Of a DNA stretch of 63,898 nt, positions 14,301-28,449 are shown piece by piece. Location of the stretch: the NCBI RefSeq assembly GCF_001194135.2, contig NC_068999.1, positions 52,268,895-52,332,792 of the forward strand, given 5' to 3'. A model generated the notes under the pieces. It saw only the letters and a program-made list of their open reading frames with translations, was not told the origin of the DNA and ran no database searches. Made by a program: the position numbers and the translations under genes. The DNA is from Octopus bimaculoides. Taxonomy: Eukaryota. The stretch's first letter is position 1. Each line of letters starts with the position of its first letter.

Positions 14301-17300
14301 CTTTTCCATTCTATTCTTTAAAGTAAACAATAATATTTCATAAATTTTATTCTTGAGGCTAGTTTCTTTTTACCCTTTGGCATTTGAACCAATTGCATTC
14401 AGCCCAAATATTCTTCCAGTTTTATGTTCAAATCATAGCAAAGCAGACATTCAAGCTTGACACAATCCTCTGGCACATCAGTTCCTGCCAATCTGCCTAA
14501 TCTATGCCACCAGCATCATCATCATCATCATCATCATCATGGTAGTGATGATGATGATAATATTGGCAGTGGTGGTGACCATTAATGATTGAATGTTTTA
14601 ATTACTAGCAGTAAATCTTTACATAAATTCCTGATTTCTTAATTACACCTGAACAGTTAAACGTTCTAATATTACTTAAGGAAATTAACTTAGTTTATTA
14701 AATGATGTCATAACTTTTCTTGGTTATATCTTGAAATGTAAAGAAATTTTAATGCGGAAAATAAATAAAGAAAGAAAAGAAAAAGAAACTTACTGAATTA
14801 ACAGTTTCCATCATGGGAGACATCTTAGAAGCAGCAATGCGAGCCATATCCAACTATGAATAACAATATACATCAAATTACATTAATTAGTAACACCACA
14901 ATGTAAAGTAATAATTACAAAGAATATTCAATGAATAAGACAGGCACAATTTGTGCGATTAAGAAGTTTGTTTGTAACTATGGGGGATTTAGGCTCATTT
15001 CTACAGTGTGACACCATGGGTAGATGTGCGTGTGTATATATATGATGGAATCTCCCATCAAAGACAACGTATGAATGTTTAGCTCTTGCTGAAGAGCCTG
15101 CACAAATGATTTGTTTATAGCAATCAAATGTCCTGTACTGTACATTAAGTCCCCTTGTTACTTGCTATCAAAATGCAGCAGACTAGTAACTGATGTATTG
15201 TAAGATGGGTAACCAACAATGCAGCTGTTCACCAAAAGCATGATATAAAATAAATTTCACAAGTGATTCTCATGTTAAAGATTGCTGATATAAATCATAA
15301 TTAAAAAAAAATGTTCTGCCATTGTCCAAAGAGAGCTTAAATTAAGCTTGAAAGAAGATGAGATTCATGTCATTTTCTCTTTACATGAGAACAGTTGAAA
15401 TGTTGGTTGAGACAGAGCTAATGAACTTACTTTTTCCTGTGTCCCTTGATTGCCAGCCTCAGCTTTAACAGCCAGATAATTCATCACCTGGGGTTCTAAT
15501 CCACTGACGGCTTCAAGTAGAGCAATTGTCAACACAGGAATGTGAGGTTTTATAAGCTTGCCAGCATTTTTACTGATTTTCAAGATAGTTCTCAGTCTGG
15601 AATATAACAAATAAAACAGCTTTTCAAAATAGTGTCTGTAATACTTACTATAAATAAGAAAGACATACACATACAAATAACATAATGTAAAGCACCTCTG
15701 CTGGCGCCATGTACAAATCACCCACACCGGCACCATGTAAAAGACACCTGTGCCAGTGCCACATAGAAACAAAAAGCACCCATGCAGGTATCACATAAAA
15801 GGCCAAGTAAAGAGCACCCAGTGCAATCCTGTAAAGTGGTTGGCATTAGGAAGGGCATCCAGTTGTAGAGACCCTGCCAAAACAAGCATGGGTTTGGTGC
15901 AGCCCTGCAGCTTGCCTGCTCCGGTCAAACTGTCCAACCCATGCCAGCATGGAAAACTGATGATAAATGACAATGATGACAATGATGATGATATCTGGGT
16001 GTCATTGCTTGAACTGTTAGAGGGTATCACAATACATCAGCACCATCTCCATCATGATTTTACATCTGTTACTCTACATTTATGTTGGTTATATAGGTCT
16101 AATTCAAGCAGAGAATCCCACATCTTCTCCATGTCTCTTACAATTTTCCACTTCCAGAGGTTCATTATACTGAGATCACTAGGTACTTCTTCACCTAACT
16201 TTATCTCTCTCTCTATCTGTTGTATAAACACACTGACATTACTTATGCAGTCAAGCAACAATCTTGTCAGCTATCTTATTTTCTTTTGCCCTAATTTCTT
16301 TTTACACGGTTTTCTTCCTCTAGTCTTCACCCTTTTGCATTTCAGCAGGGAACTAATATGTATACATAAATTTTAAAACTGACAAAAACATCAAGTTACA
16401 GAATTCAACAAGAATCTTACATACCCAATAGTCTGTACTTCTTCAACACGACTCTGAAGACAGTTCTTTAGTAGGCAAGGAAGCACTAAACTAATAGCCT
16501 GTTCTCCTATTTTGCTGTTATTCAAGTCACAATTCTTTATTGATTCCTGAAATAAAATAATAATATTTAGTAATAATAATACTTAAGAATGAACAAAATT
16601 AACATGAAACTTCCTACAAACAGTTATCTTCATTCATTTATTCAAATCAACATTATCTTTATAATCATTACGAGCCCCAGTCAAACCCCTGTCAGCATAG
16701 AAAACAGACGTTAAATGGTGATGATGATGATGACGACACACTTATGTACACATACACATGCACACACACGACAGGTTTGTTTGTTTCTATCTACTAAATC
16801 CATTAGGTTTTGATTGGTTCAGGCCCTCAGAGCTGCAATAAGACAGATTAATAATCTTCTCAAATATAGCATCCTTATTGGTTCCAAAGAAATGGATACA
16901 AGGGGCTTAGTTTGCTTCATGTTTATTTTCCTCCTGCTACTTAATAGTTCACCTAACATGCAATGAAAAGACCTTACCCTGCTCAGTGTTTTACAAGCTT
17001 GGTGGGCAGCAGTACGTACAGATTCCTGAAATGAAAGAAAGAGACTTCTGAAACATGGGAATAATGACTTCTATTGGTGAAACATTGAAATACTACTGTC
17101 TTACAGTAAAACAATGGTTGTCAGTAAACAATCTGATGAAATACCATCTAAACCCAAGGAGGGTGGTGGTGTGTTGGGTGTGCTTATTGCATGGATTGTT
17201 GTGACTCCTGCTCTCCAGTCACTTCAGTTCACCTTTTCATATGGCAGGTCTTTGCAGGTGCACTTGAAGTCCTCACACAGTTGCTTTATGTAGGGTCGAT

Positions 17301-18523
17301 GTGGTCTACCAACATTTACATACCCATGCTTCGGGTATGCAAATCCTTATGCTAGATTGTGGGGTGGGGGTGGAGGGATAATATATGGGGGGAGAAGTTG
17401 GGAGTAGAGCAGACTCATGTTGTAGGGGAGCTGCATAGCTACTCACATTTAGGGGAGAGAGTAAGAATGAATGCGTGGTCTCTCCAAAGAGATAGATACT
17501 GTGGTGATGAGACATCCAGGTGGCACCTGAAGGTATGAGGGGAGTTGTAGTGAGTGGGGACAGAGATGCTAGGAGTGTGTGTGTATGTGGGGGCGTTGTT
17601 TGTAAGAGTGTGTGTTGAGGACGGGTAATGGGAAATGGGAGGCGGGCAACATCTGTAAAATTGCAAAGGATTGAAGGGTGGATGGAGTGAGTGAGGGACA
17701 CTGGGATAGGAGATAGCTCGTGGTGCATGAGTTGGAGGCAGGGAGATAGGAAAGATAACTCCATTAGGATGGGTATGTCATGTAAATGAATGATACAAAC
17801 TAAGTAGCTGTGAGTTTTTGATGGAAGATATTCATATTCAAGATAAACTAAGAAAGTAGTGTCACATGTGAAAAATCTGATCCCTCACATATGAGACAGT
17901 ACAGAATGAAGACTATTACCAGTTCAGATAAGCTTGGAGCATATTCAAACCTGTAAGAAAGCCATTCACTCTCTTTTGGAGAAAATCTTTTACTGTTGAC
18001 AAATGGTATAAATACACCTACAATCAGCTCACAACATCACCTACACAGATTGTGAGATGCAAACATTTTGGAATGGCCATCTCCTCTCCAGACACAGAAA
18101 CTGGACAGAGTGTGCTGCAAGCTGATAGGAGAGGTTGTCTCATGATATTCCCCTCATCGTACAATGACTGGTAGCGCCACTGTAAAACAAACATAAACAA
18201 CATCCATCTCATAATTCAGAATCAAGATTCACAGAAAGATGCTGCATTACAGACTCAACCAACCCATGATAAAATTTAGAAGGAGCAAATTAGTTCATTA
18301 AAAAAAAACAAACCAATCAAATTACCTTAATATCATCTCGTACTTGAAGGCAGACTTCCCAGAGAAGTGGCAACTTCTCAATAATGCTATTCAATTGACG
18401 ACCTTGTAATAAGTTACTTACTGCATAACAGCTGTAAGCAAAATATAAATTTATAATTAAAAAAATTAGATGTGAGGTATTTTAACATGCAATACATGTT
18501 TGAAGGGAGGAGTAATGTTTGAG

Positions 18524-18565
<42 letters not shown>

Positions 18566-21500
18566 GTCATAAACTAAAGCACAAAGGAGTTAATTTACCA
18601 TGATTCACGAACACGCCATTCAGAAGCTGTAAGATTCTTCAGCAGATCATCGACAATTGCATTCAGGTAGAGGTCAAGCTGTAAAATAATAAACATGTAA
18701 AGAACATCATAATTTCATGCAATTATTAATAATAATAATAATAATATGATTCCAGGATTGTAAAGACAGAGGATGAAAAAACAGCAAAAACAATCCCTTA
18801 AAATTTGAAATTGCAAGAATTTGGTGTATGAAAACTGTAAGGGTTGTGCCTATAATTGGTGCACTGGGGACTGTAAGTAAAGATACAGACAAATGGTTAA
18901 AGGAGATTGGAATAGAATGTCCTGTAATTTGCCTCTTAGGGACAGGAAAGATTATCAAGTGAGTTTTAAGCATTTGAAAGACTATTGAAAGCTTGTGGAT
19001 ACCTAACATCACAGGTAGTAACCTGTTACCCATAGAAATTCTACTACGAGTAAGAACAAACCTCAATCAAATCAAATCAAAAATTGTACCTAGTGAAAAT
19101 ATGACACATCCAAAAACATTTAAGAAACAAGTTGGAGAACAAAAATTAACCCTTTAGCATTTAAACCAGCCATATCCAGCCAAAATATTCCACCTATTTT
19201 ATACTCAAACTAACCAGATCTGGCCTCTCACACCTATCTTATAATGCTACTGTAAATATAAATAATCTCATCATCAAAATTTCGAGGCTACAAGATGTTG
19301 CATGATTAATTCAAAACAATGTGAATAAATAAGCATTACATTTGACAGAGTAATCTGAATGCCAAAGGGTTAAACAACTGGAAAATGAAAACAATGCATG
19401 GGCAATACTTCAGAGAAATGGAAGGGAAAAACAAGACCAGCACCTGGAGGTGTCTACAGAAAAGTGATCTGAAAGGATGCACTGAGGCATTGATATGCAG
19501 CACCCAGGAACAAGCTCTGAGAACTAATTACACAAAGTTCCAAATTTCTTAACCACACAGCTATACCTGCTCCTATTAGTATTGAATGCCTGTGAAATCA
19601 CAAAGCTGTAAATATGCCCATGGGATAAGATTAGATGTGTCTAACTGTAGAGCCTATATATCAGCTGAAGTGATTGCATCACAAAATCACAATTGTAAGA
19701 TGACGGGCCAACAAAAGCCTAGCATCTACAAAGGAGACAGAAAATAATATTGAATAGATTTAGATAATATTTTATCTGCATTTCAAAAACAAAACAGAAA
19801 TATCAGTTTTAATAAGAGATTGTGAAAATAGTTGCAGATTGGACTGGGAGTTTTTACTTCAACTAATGTAGGCACCTCAGAATTTTAAGGTATCAACTTC
19901 AGTAATTTCATCCTTCTGTGGTTGAACTCAATAATTTATTCCTTTTACTTGCAGCATTGGTACTGTTCCATATAAAAAGAAATCTCTAACACTGTTAGTA
20001 AATAAATTATGTGAACAGAAGACTAAACAAATGTCAGAAATACTGGAATTAAGACTTACTGTTTTGCCCTTATCTGGGACTAATGCATCCCAAATGCTGC
20101 TCATTGCTCTCTGTATCTTGGGGTTAGGATCAAATTGATAGCGATATAGCTTAGGTACAATCTGTGGAAGATAAGGGGCCAATTGCTCTCCAGCATATTG
20201 TGCTATGGTACTAAAACCGAACGCTGCACCCTGAAATAGTTCAAAACAGAAAGACATTCAGAAAATAAAAATTTAAATATGAAAATAACATAAAATAGAA
20301 TAACATGGAGAGTTTTTTTTTGTTTCAATTCAATATCAATGTCTAAGAGCAGACTTTCCAGATCTTTTTGATATTCCTCTGGGAAGTTTTCAAATACTAC
20401 AGGGTGTCCACAAAGTCTGGCTACATGGAGTAAATAAAATCATAACATAAACAATTAAATATAAGAATTAATAATTTCTTAAAGTATGTGTTAATCCTCA
20501 TGTACCCAGACTTTGTGGACACCCTGCAGAATAAAATGTGGAAACAATATAGTAAACTGCAAGAATTTTAATATACACAGTTATGTCTAAACTGAATAAT
20601 TTGATTACTTCTGTCTGAAATAAACGATAGCTTTATCCAGTCAAGCTTGAATTAAAAAGGGAGAAAAACAGCATTAATGAGAAATTAATGAAACTTTACC
20701 TTTTTAGAGTTCCATGTAGCCTGGTGATTTGCCAAGTGCATGAATTTATAAATGAGATCTGGTTGGTTCAAATCAGTTGCAATGGAACAGAGTTCTTTGT
20801 ATGTGGATATGGAGCCACTAAAATGTAAAAAGAGACACAAAGCATTTCAGTCATGAGAGCAATGAAACATTTCACAATAACAAATATCTACAACACTGTG
20901 GATTGTTACTTGTTTCAGTCATTGGGTTGTGGCAAAGCTGGAGCACTACTTTGAAGGGTTTTTGTTGAACAAATCAACCCCAGTGGTTACTTTTTAAGAC
21001 TGCTAATTATTCTATCGTTCTCTTAAGTCAAGCTGGTAAGTTATGAGGACTTAAACAAACCAACACTGGTTACATAGTGGGGGAAGGTGAACAAACACAG
21101 AACCATAGGTGCAGACACACACACACACAAGCTTCCATTTGGTGTCTGTTTACCAAGTTCACTCACAAGACATTGGTCAGCCTGGGTATATAATAGAACA
21201 CACTGCCCAAAGTGCTACATATACAGTGGGAACTGAACTTGAAACCATGTGGTTCCAAAACGAGCTTCTTAATAATACCTTGACCACATCAGAGCATTGA
21301 ATAGAACACCTCGTAGTATTCATTCTGACCCACTGCACTCTGAGTTCGTATCCTGCCAAGGTCAACTTTGACTTTCATCCTTTCAGAGGTCAATGGAAAA
21401 AAGCACTGATCCAGGGTGGTGGCCTGGGTGCCTAAAATAAACACCCTTGCCAACACACTGACCGAGCATCGTAAGGCAAATTCTTGAAACAATGGCCAGC

Positions 21501-24047
21501 ACTAGGCAGAATTGAGACATGAACTCTTCCAGCCAGATATGTGTCCTGGTAAATAAATGTGGATCCAGCATGGCTGAATAGCTAAGAAGTACACTTTGTA
21601 ATCAAGGGATCCCTGGTTCAATCCTTTTGCCTGGCATCTTGGGCAAGTTTCTTTTCTTTTTTTTTGTGCCATAGCCTCAAATCAACACTCCAGGGTTTGT
21701 TAGTGAAATTGGGACGATAGAAGCTGTTTGAGAAGTCTGTCAGGTGAACTGACCTGCAATTCAAAACAACCAGCCAGCTGTGTCACACACTGTATCAGAA
21801 GCAGTTATACACTGATCCCAAAGAAACAGGTATCTAACAGAAGAGTCCACTTTGTTGCATTACATTACATTAAGGGTACATGTTTCTGTGAAATACTCAT
21901 CCACTTCACACATTAATTCACTGAGTAGGTCACTTAGTTTATCAAGCAACTCCATACTCAATGTTGCAGCTGATGGACGTTTCATTTATTTCACAACTGT
22001 TGTAGACAGAAAGAAAATATAATTGTTTCCACATATAGTATTGAGTAAAGAACATTTCCCCATTCAAATGGTACCAATCTCAATGTTATTTCACTGAAAC
22101 CTCATCCAATATATTCCTAGTTTTTATATTATCAATTTCTCCTAAAGTCACTATTCTCTCTTTCAATAGTGGAGGCTTTTTTTATTCTAAGTTACCAAGG
22201 GACTGTACAGGTGCTGGTGGCATCAAAAGAGCATCCCCAAAATTTGAACTCAAACTGTAAAAAAGTCAGAAGAAATAGTGTACAGAATTTTTTCCAATAC
22301 TCTAAAAATTGTGCCAATCTACCAACAGTAAATAAATAAATACATGAACAGATAAATTTCAAAATTTGAAGTAAGTCTTACCCTTCAGGAGTTTTTCCTA
22401 AACAACTTGCAGAGAATACTTCAGTATCACCTGTAACAACTGTCTTCGAGCTAGAACCATAAAATACAAAAAAAAAAATTAAAAAGGAAGGAATATTAAT
22501 ATATTTAGTGACCAAAAAAAATAACGAAAAAAAAAAACTTCAGAAATGTCCATCAAAAAGACTCATTAAGTTGTGATAACTTTTTCTTTTTTTTTTAAAA
22601 GATTTATAAACTGTTCATTTCTTGTGAGTATTCCATGTACTGCTCATGCAGTTTTCATTACTTTTTCTGAGGAGTTATAGTGCATCTTAGTATTGTACAC
22701 AAGTTCATTATGTATATTATATTATTGAATCTATTTGATGAAATATAAAAGTAAGAAATGAAGAATAAATACAAATAGCTCTCACTTACCGTTTCCCTGT
22801 CAGAAGTGTGTCAACGAGTTCTGAAACCAGGGCATCTTTTTGCTCTGAAGAACAGTTCTCATATACAAGTGACAAGCCTTTGGAGGTGATATCTTGGATG
22901 ATTTCTGTGATAGAGAAGAAAATAGGTTAAAAAGCAAGAAAAAAGAAAAAGTAAACTGTAGGTGCCGCCATGACTGTGTGATTAAGAAGCTAGATTTGCA
23001 ACCTTGTGGTTTCAGTCATGGTGGGCATATTTGGCTTCGTATGTTTTACCCCACTCTCACTTTGATGGCATGCACTGCTCTCTCACTCAAGAATAATAAG
23101 GACAACAATGAAGATGAAACGAAGAAATGAAATTAAATATCACAATGCATCAGCATTATTTAATCCAATGTTTTCACTTCTTCACTCTCTTATGGTAGAC
23201 ATTCTTGAAATACTTACCATCATTTTCTGACAGCATTGCCATGAAAGCAGCCTGAATGTTTGGTAGACGTTTTTGTAAAGCAGGATGGGATCCACAATGT
23301 TTTACCAGAGACAAAAGCCACATGCAGGCAGCCTGTATTGAATGAAATGAAGGATAGTGATAGCAAAACGTGTCTGTCAGTGTGCGTAAGCATGCACTCT
23401 AAAATAAGTTCTATCAACTAACTATTCAAAAGTGTTACAATGAAACACCCCAACCAATAAAATAATCTAAAAACAAGCAAACAGGATTTAAAGATGGAAG
23501 GAAAAAATAGGAAAAAAATGGAATAAATAAACTAAAGGAAACACATGCACATATATCACTTTCTCTCCACTGAAGATTGTGGTAGCATATGAAACATGAT
23601 GACTAATGTTAATATTTAATATTGGTTTCAAATTTTGGTACAAGGCTGGCAATTTCAGGGGAGAGGTTTAATCAATTACATTGACCCCACCCCCACTCCC
23701 GGTGTTCAACTGAGTATTCTTCGAGGCCACTCAATGTTAGTCAAAACTAACACTGAGTGGCCTTGAGAAATACCCATGTACACAATGTCTTTCTTGACAA
23801 TAATGGAGATGATTTGCTATTGCCTTCCTATGGTGTTTCATTTGTTCCTTCATAAGTAACTATATCCCTAATCCATCCAAAAATTTTCCAAATTTCACTA
23901 ATTAATATACGACCAAACTGAAGCTACGGAAAAGAAATTTGCTTAAAATGCAGTACAGTGGGATCCAACTCAAAACTACATTATAGTACAAAAAAAAAAA
24001 AAAGAAAGTAAAAACAAGTTTCTTAATGGCACAGCTATGTCTGCACC

Positions 24048-24079
<32 letters not shown>

Positions 24080-24602
24080 CATCATCATCATCGTTTAACG
24101 TCCGCCTTCCATGCTAGCATGGGTTGGACGATTTGACTGAGGACTGGTGAAACCGGATGGCAACACCAGNNNNNNNNNNAAATGGTGTCTTTTATGTGCC
24201 ACCCGCACAAGCCAGTCCAGGGGCACTGGCAACGATCTCGCTCGAAAATCCTACGGGAGCCAGTCAGGCGGTACTGGCAACGGCCATGCTCAAAATGGTG
24301 CATCTCATGTGCCACCCGCACAAGAACCAGTCCAGGGGCACTGACAACGATCTTACTTGGCTTGCCGGGTCTTCTCACGCACAGCACATGTCCGTATGTT
24401 AACTGAATATTTATACATAAGTGTGTGTGTGTGTGTGTACATAATGCAATAGGATCTTGGCAAATTAACTTAGAAGCACCTTTATGTATACTAGGATAAC
24501 TTACTCCAAAAGAATACTTAAATATCCCAGATCATTCAAATGGTGAGTAAAGCAGTTCATATGAAGTTAAACAGTTGTAGTGATGCTTTGAGTCTTCCAT
24601 TC

Positions 24603-24670
<68 letters not shown>

Positions 24671-24762
24671 AAAAGTCAAACAATGAGAATGAGTGCTCAA
24701 CACTACTGGTGGATAGAATTTCTTTATTTGTGTATTAAAGCTATCATTGGTTNNNNNNNNNN

Positions 24763-24835
<73 letters not shown>

Positions 24836-27800
24836 GGAGGGAGAGAAACATACAATTAGTAATATAAGGTTTAAAAATTCTTATTCATCTCTCCTCATTG
24901 TCAAAATAGCTATCTTATAATAGTAATTTATACTACTGTAAACAAATAAGAACACTGCTGCTTGGAACAAACCTGCCGTATAAATGGGTTATTTTTAACG
25001 ATGTATTCATTAAGGATCTTCAACAAGTACCATTCTACATCATCCTTCTTATCAGCTACTGATGCCTGGAAGAATCAAAAACAGAAATGATTGAGTTATT
25101 GCATATACGTTAGAAGAGTGATTGTGTGTGATTTAGTGGATAAGGGAAAGCAGCCAAGATGGAATTTAACATTGAACAATAATTTTATCTGATGCTGTCT
25201 ACATGCTACATATATAACACGTGTTGCTCTTCAAAAATGGGAGTTTATGAAGTCTAATTGATATCCTGTAAATCTACAAAAGATAAATATAACTCACCTG
25301 GAAATCAGAGTTTGTTGCCAACCAGGTATTTTTACGACTTGGACACTTTATTCCCTGAGCAGCACACACCAATGCTTCTCCAATAGTTAAATGGAGATCA
25401 ATTTGTTTTGCCTGAAAATAACAAATGCGTATGGTTGCTTTTTGTTTCATTCAGAGTAAGACATCAGGTAAATATTATTTTTCAAATCAAGAACCCTACA
25501 TATTTAATCAAGATTCCAGTAAGATGAAAGGACCTATTATATTAATTTATCATAAATTATATATATAAAGTACTAAATACCTGGACTACTCCCATCAGCC
25601 CTTCAATGACCATGTGTCTGTAAGGGAACTCTTCATCTCCAATGCATAAATGCCCAAGACTTATGGCAGCACGTTCTTTATTCTAGAAGAAATAAAAAAT
25701 ACAAAATTCATAAAGAAACTATTATTAGAAAAGATATACAAGAGAATCATCACCATCATTTCTATGTCCAGTGGTTTCCAAGCTTATAGGAGTTGGGTAA
25801 GACTTATTGAGGCAGTACTGATGCCCTTCTTGATGTCAGCCCCTACTTGTTTTCAGGTAAGGTACTTTATTTTTCACTTGTTTCAGTCACTGGACTGTGG
25901 CCAAGCAGTGGTTAAGCAAGGGCCAGCTTCCAGAACCTGCTGCCAAACACAGCCATTTTGAACAGAAAGTGATGCTTTGCATCTGATGGAATTATGAGGG
26001 GATAATTTGTTATGAGTTCATTCCAGATGGTCGAACCATTGATACCAACCTGTACTCCAAACAGCTGGAGTGGATGTATGCCATGGTGCAGCAAAAATAC
26101 CCGGCATCGGTTAACAAAAAGTGAGCTCTTCTGCAGCAACACAACACAAGACCTTATACTACTCAAGCAGCCCAGAATAAACTCCAGGATTTTGATGGAA
26201 TTGAACTGATATCCCCTCCAGCATATGGTCTGGACCTAGCTCCCTCACATTATTACTTTTTCCAATCTATGGCTCACTTCCTGTGTTTGCAACACTTCAT
26301 CAAAGAGGAGGTGGAAGAGTTTTTTGCCTTGAAGGACAAGAACTGGTACCAGCATGGAATCAAAGAACTAGCAGAAAGCTGGCTTCAGATGGTGCAACAC
26401 GATGGCCTCTACTTTGAATTCTAGTCTGCTTTTGTTGTAACTTGACGAATAAAGCAAATAAGTTAACCAAAATATTGCAAAACTCTTGACTCAACATAAT
26501 AATATTAGAATAAAATAGCTAATATTACTGATTTGTGTGGAGGCGTGTGGCTTAGTGGTTAGGGTGTCAGCATCATGATCGTAAGATTATGGTTTCGATT
26601 CCTGGACCGGGCGATGCGTTGTGTTCTTGAGCAAAACACTTCATTTCACGTTGCTCCAGTCCACTCAGCTGGCAAAAATGAGTTACGCTGCAATGGACTG
26701 GCGTCCCATCCAGCTGGGGAACACATATGCCATTGAAACCGGGAAACTGGGCCCATGAGCCTGGTTAGGCTTTAAAAGGATGCATTTATTTATTATTATT
26801 ACTATGATTTACATAAAAAAAGAAAAAGAAGATTCACCAACCTTCATAGTGCCCTTATCTCTTGTCGACTGGACAAGACTCAACAANNNNNNNNNNNNNN
26901 NNNNNNNNNNNNNNNNNNNNNNNNNNNNNNNNNNNNNNNNNNNNNNNNNNNNNNNNNNNNNNNNNNNNNNNNNNNNNNNNNNNNNNNNNNNNNNNNNNNN
27001 NNNNNNNNNNNNNNNNNNNNNNNNNNNNNNNNNNNNNNNNNNNNNNNNNNNNNNNNNNNNNNNNNNNNNNNNNNNNNNNNNNNNNNNNNNNNNNNNNNNN
27101 NNNNNNNNNNNNNNNNNNNNNNNNNNNNNNNNNNNNNNNNNNNNNNNNNNNNNNNNNNNNNNNNNNNNNNNNNNNNNNNNNNNNNNNNNNNNNNNNNNNN
27201 NNNNNNNNNNNNNNNNNNNNNNNNNNNNNNNNNNNNNNTATTCTGTTAATATTTACACACATGAAGGTGGTGAGCTGGAAGAATCATTAGCACGATGGGG
27301 GAAAATGCTAAGCAGCATTTCGTTCATCTTTATGTCCCGAGTTCAAATTCAGCCAAGGTCAACTTAGCCTTTCAATCCAATTGGGGTCGATAAAATAAGT
27401 ACCAGTTGAGCATTGGGGTCAATTTAATCGACTTGGCCCCTCCCCCATGCCAAAATTTGTAAACAATATTTACACAAATCAAAATGAGCACAATATAAAC
27501 CAGTGGTTCTCAACTGGAATCTATATGATCCCTGGGGGTCCATGCAAGCAAAACAATAAATTGGGTCTACAGTATTACTTTAAGGGTCAATGGAAAAAAT
27601 TTGCTTTAGATGTATTCATTGCAAGGAAACAGCTAGGTTTCATCCTCTGACATGTTAAATAGTTCAACCAACACACAAGTTAACGCGTGATAAACAAATG
27701 GGAATTCTGATGAAAGAAGTACCAATAAAAGTGGCTTTTAACCCTTTAGCATTCAGATTACTCTGTGAAATGTAATACTTATTCATTCAAATTATTTTGA

Positions 27801-28396
27801 ATTTATCATACATTATCTTGGAGCTTTGAGATTTCAATGATGCAATTATTTTTAGAATAACATTGTAAGGTAGGTGTGAGAGGCCTAATCTGGCCAGTTT
27901 GAACATAAAACAGGCAGAATATTTGGGCCTGATGTGGCCAGTTTCAATACTAAAGGGCATGGCTATGGGGGTCCACCAGAATAAAATAGTAATCAAAGAG
28001 GTCTATAGGCAAAAAATGGCTGAGAACCACTGATATGAAGAAAGCAGCAACATTATCATTGACTACCTAGTTTTTTAAGAGTCTTTGTCATAGCAGCATA
28101 CATTTCCTTCTGTCCATCTTCCTCCATTGCACCTGGCCTGCTGTTATGACTCAGGTAGCAACTGATGATGTACCCCAAAATCAAAATAGATGAATGCTGC
28201 AGCTGCACATTCTGCAAATACAAAATATATTAAATAATTAGCAAATAATCCATAATCATCATCATCATCATCAAGTGGTCTTGTGTTTAGTCTTACTACA
28301 TCACACCTTGAGCAAGTGTCTACTATAGCCCTGGGACAACCAGAACCTTGTGAGTGAATTTGATAGATGGGAACTGAAAGAAGCCCATTGTATATG

Positions 28397-28449
<53 letters not shown>

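Noticed and set aside
16050-16370. Minus-strand KTRGRKP...WKWKIVRD peptide hinting at a LINE C-terminus
   Set aside because: Similarity too weak to assign without a search.
15750-16376. Longest ORF in the track (208 aa, +)
   Set aside because: Composite of RTE 3' UTR, (GAT)n tail and intronic sequence, antisense to ECPAS; no coherent protein.
26539-26620. tRNA-like A/B boxes (also 57781-57845 and other SINE heads)
   Set aside because: They continue into SINE bodies and lack a complete cloverleaf; these are SINEs, not tRNA genes.
26780-27367. Long ORFs spanning N-runs (also ~11048-11439, 46524-46863, 58118-58837)
   Set aside because: Artefacts of X-translated gaps.
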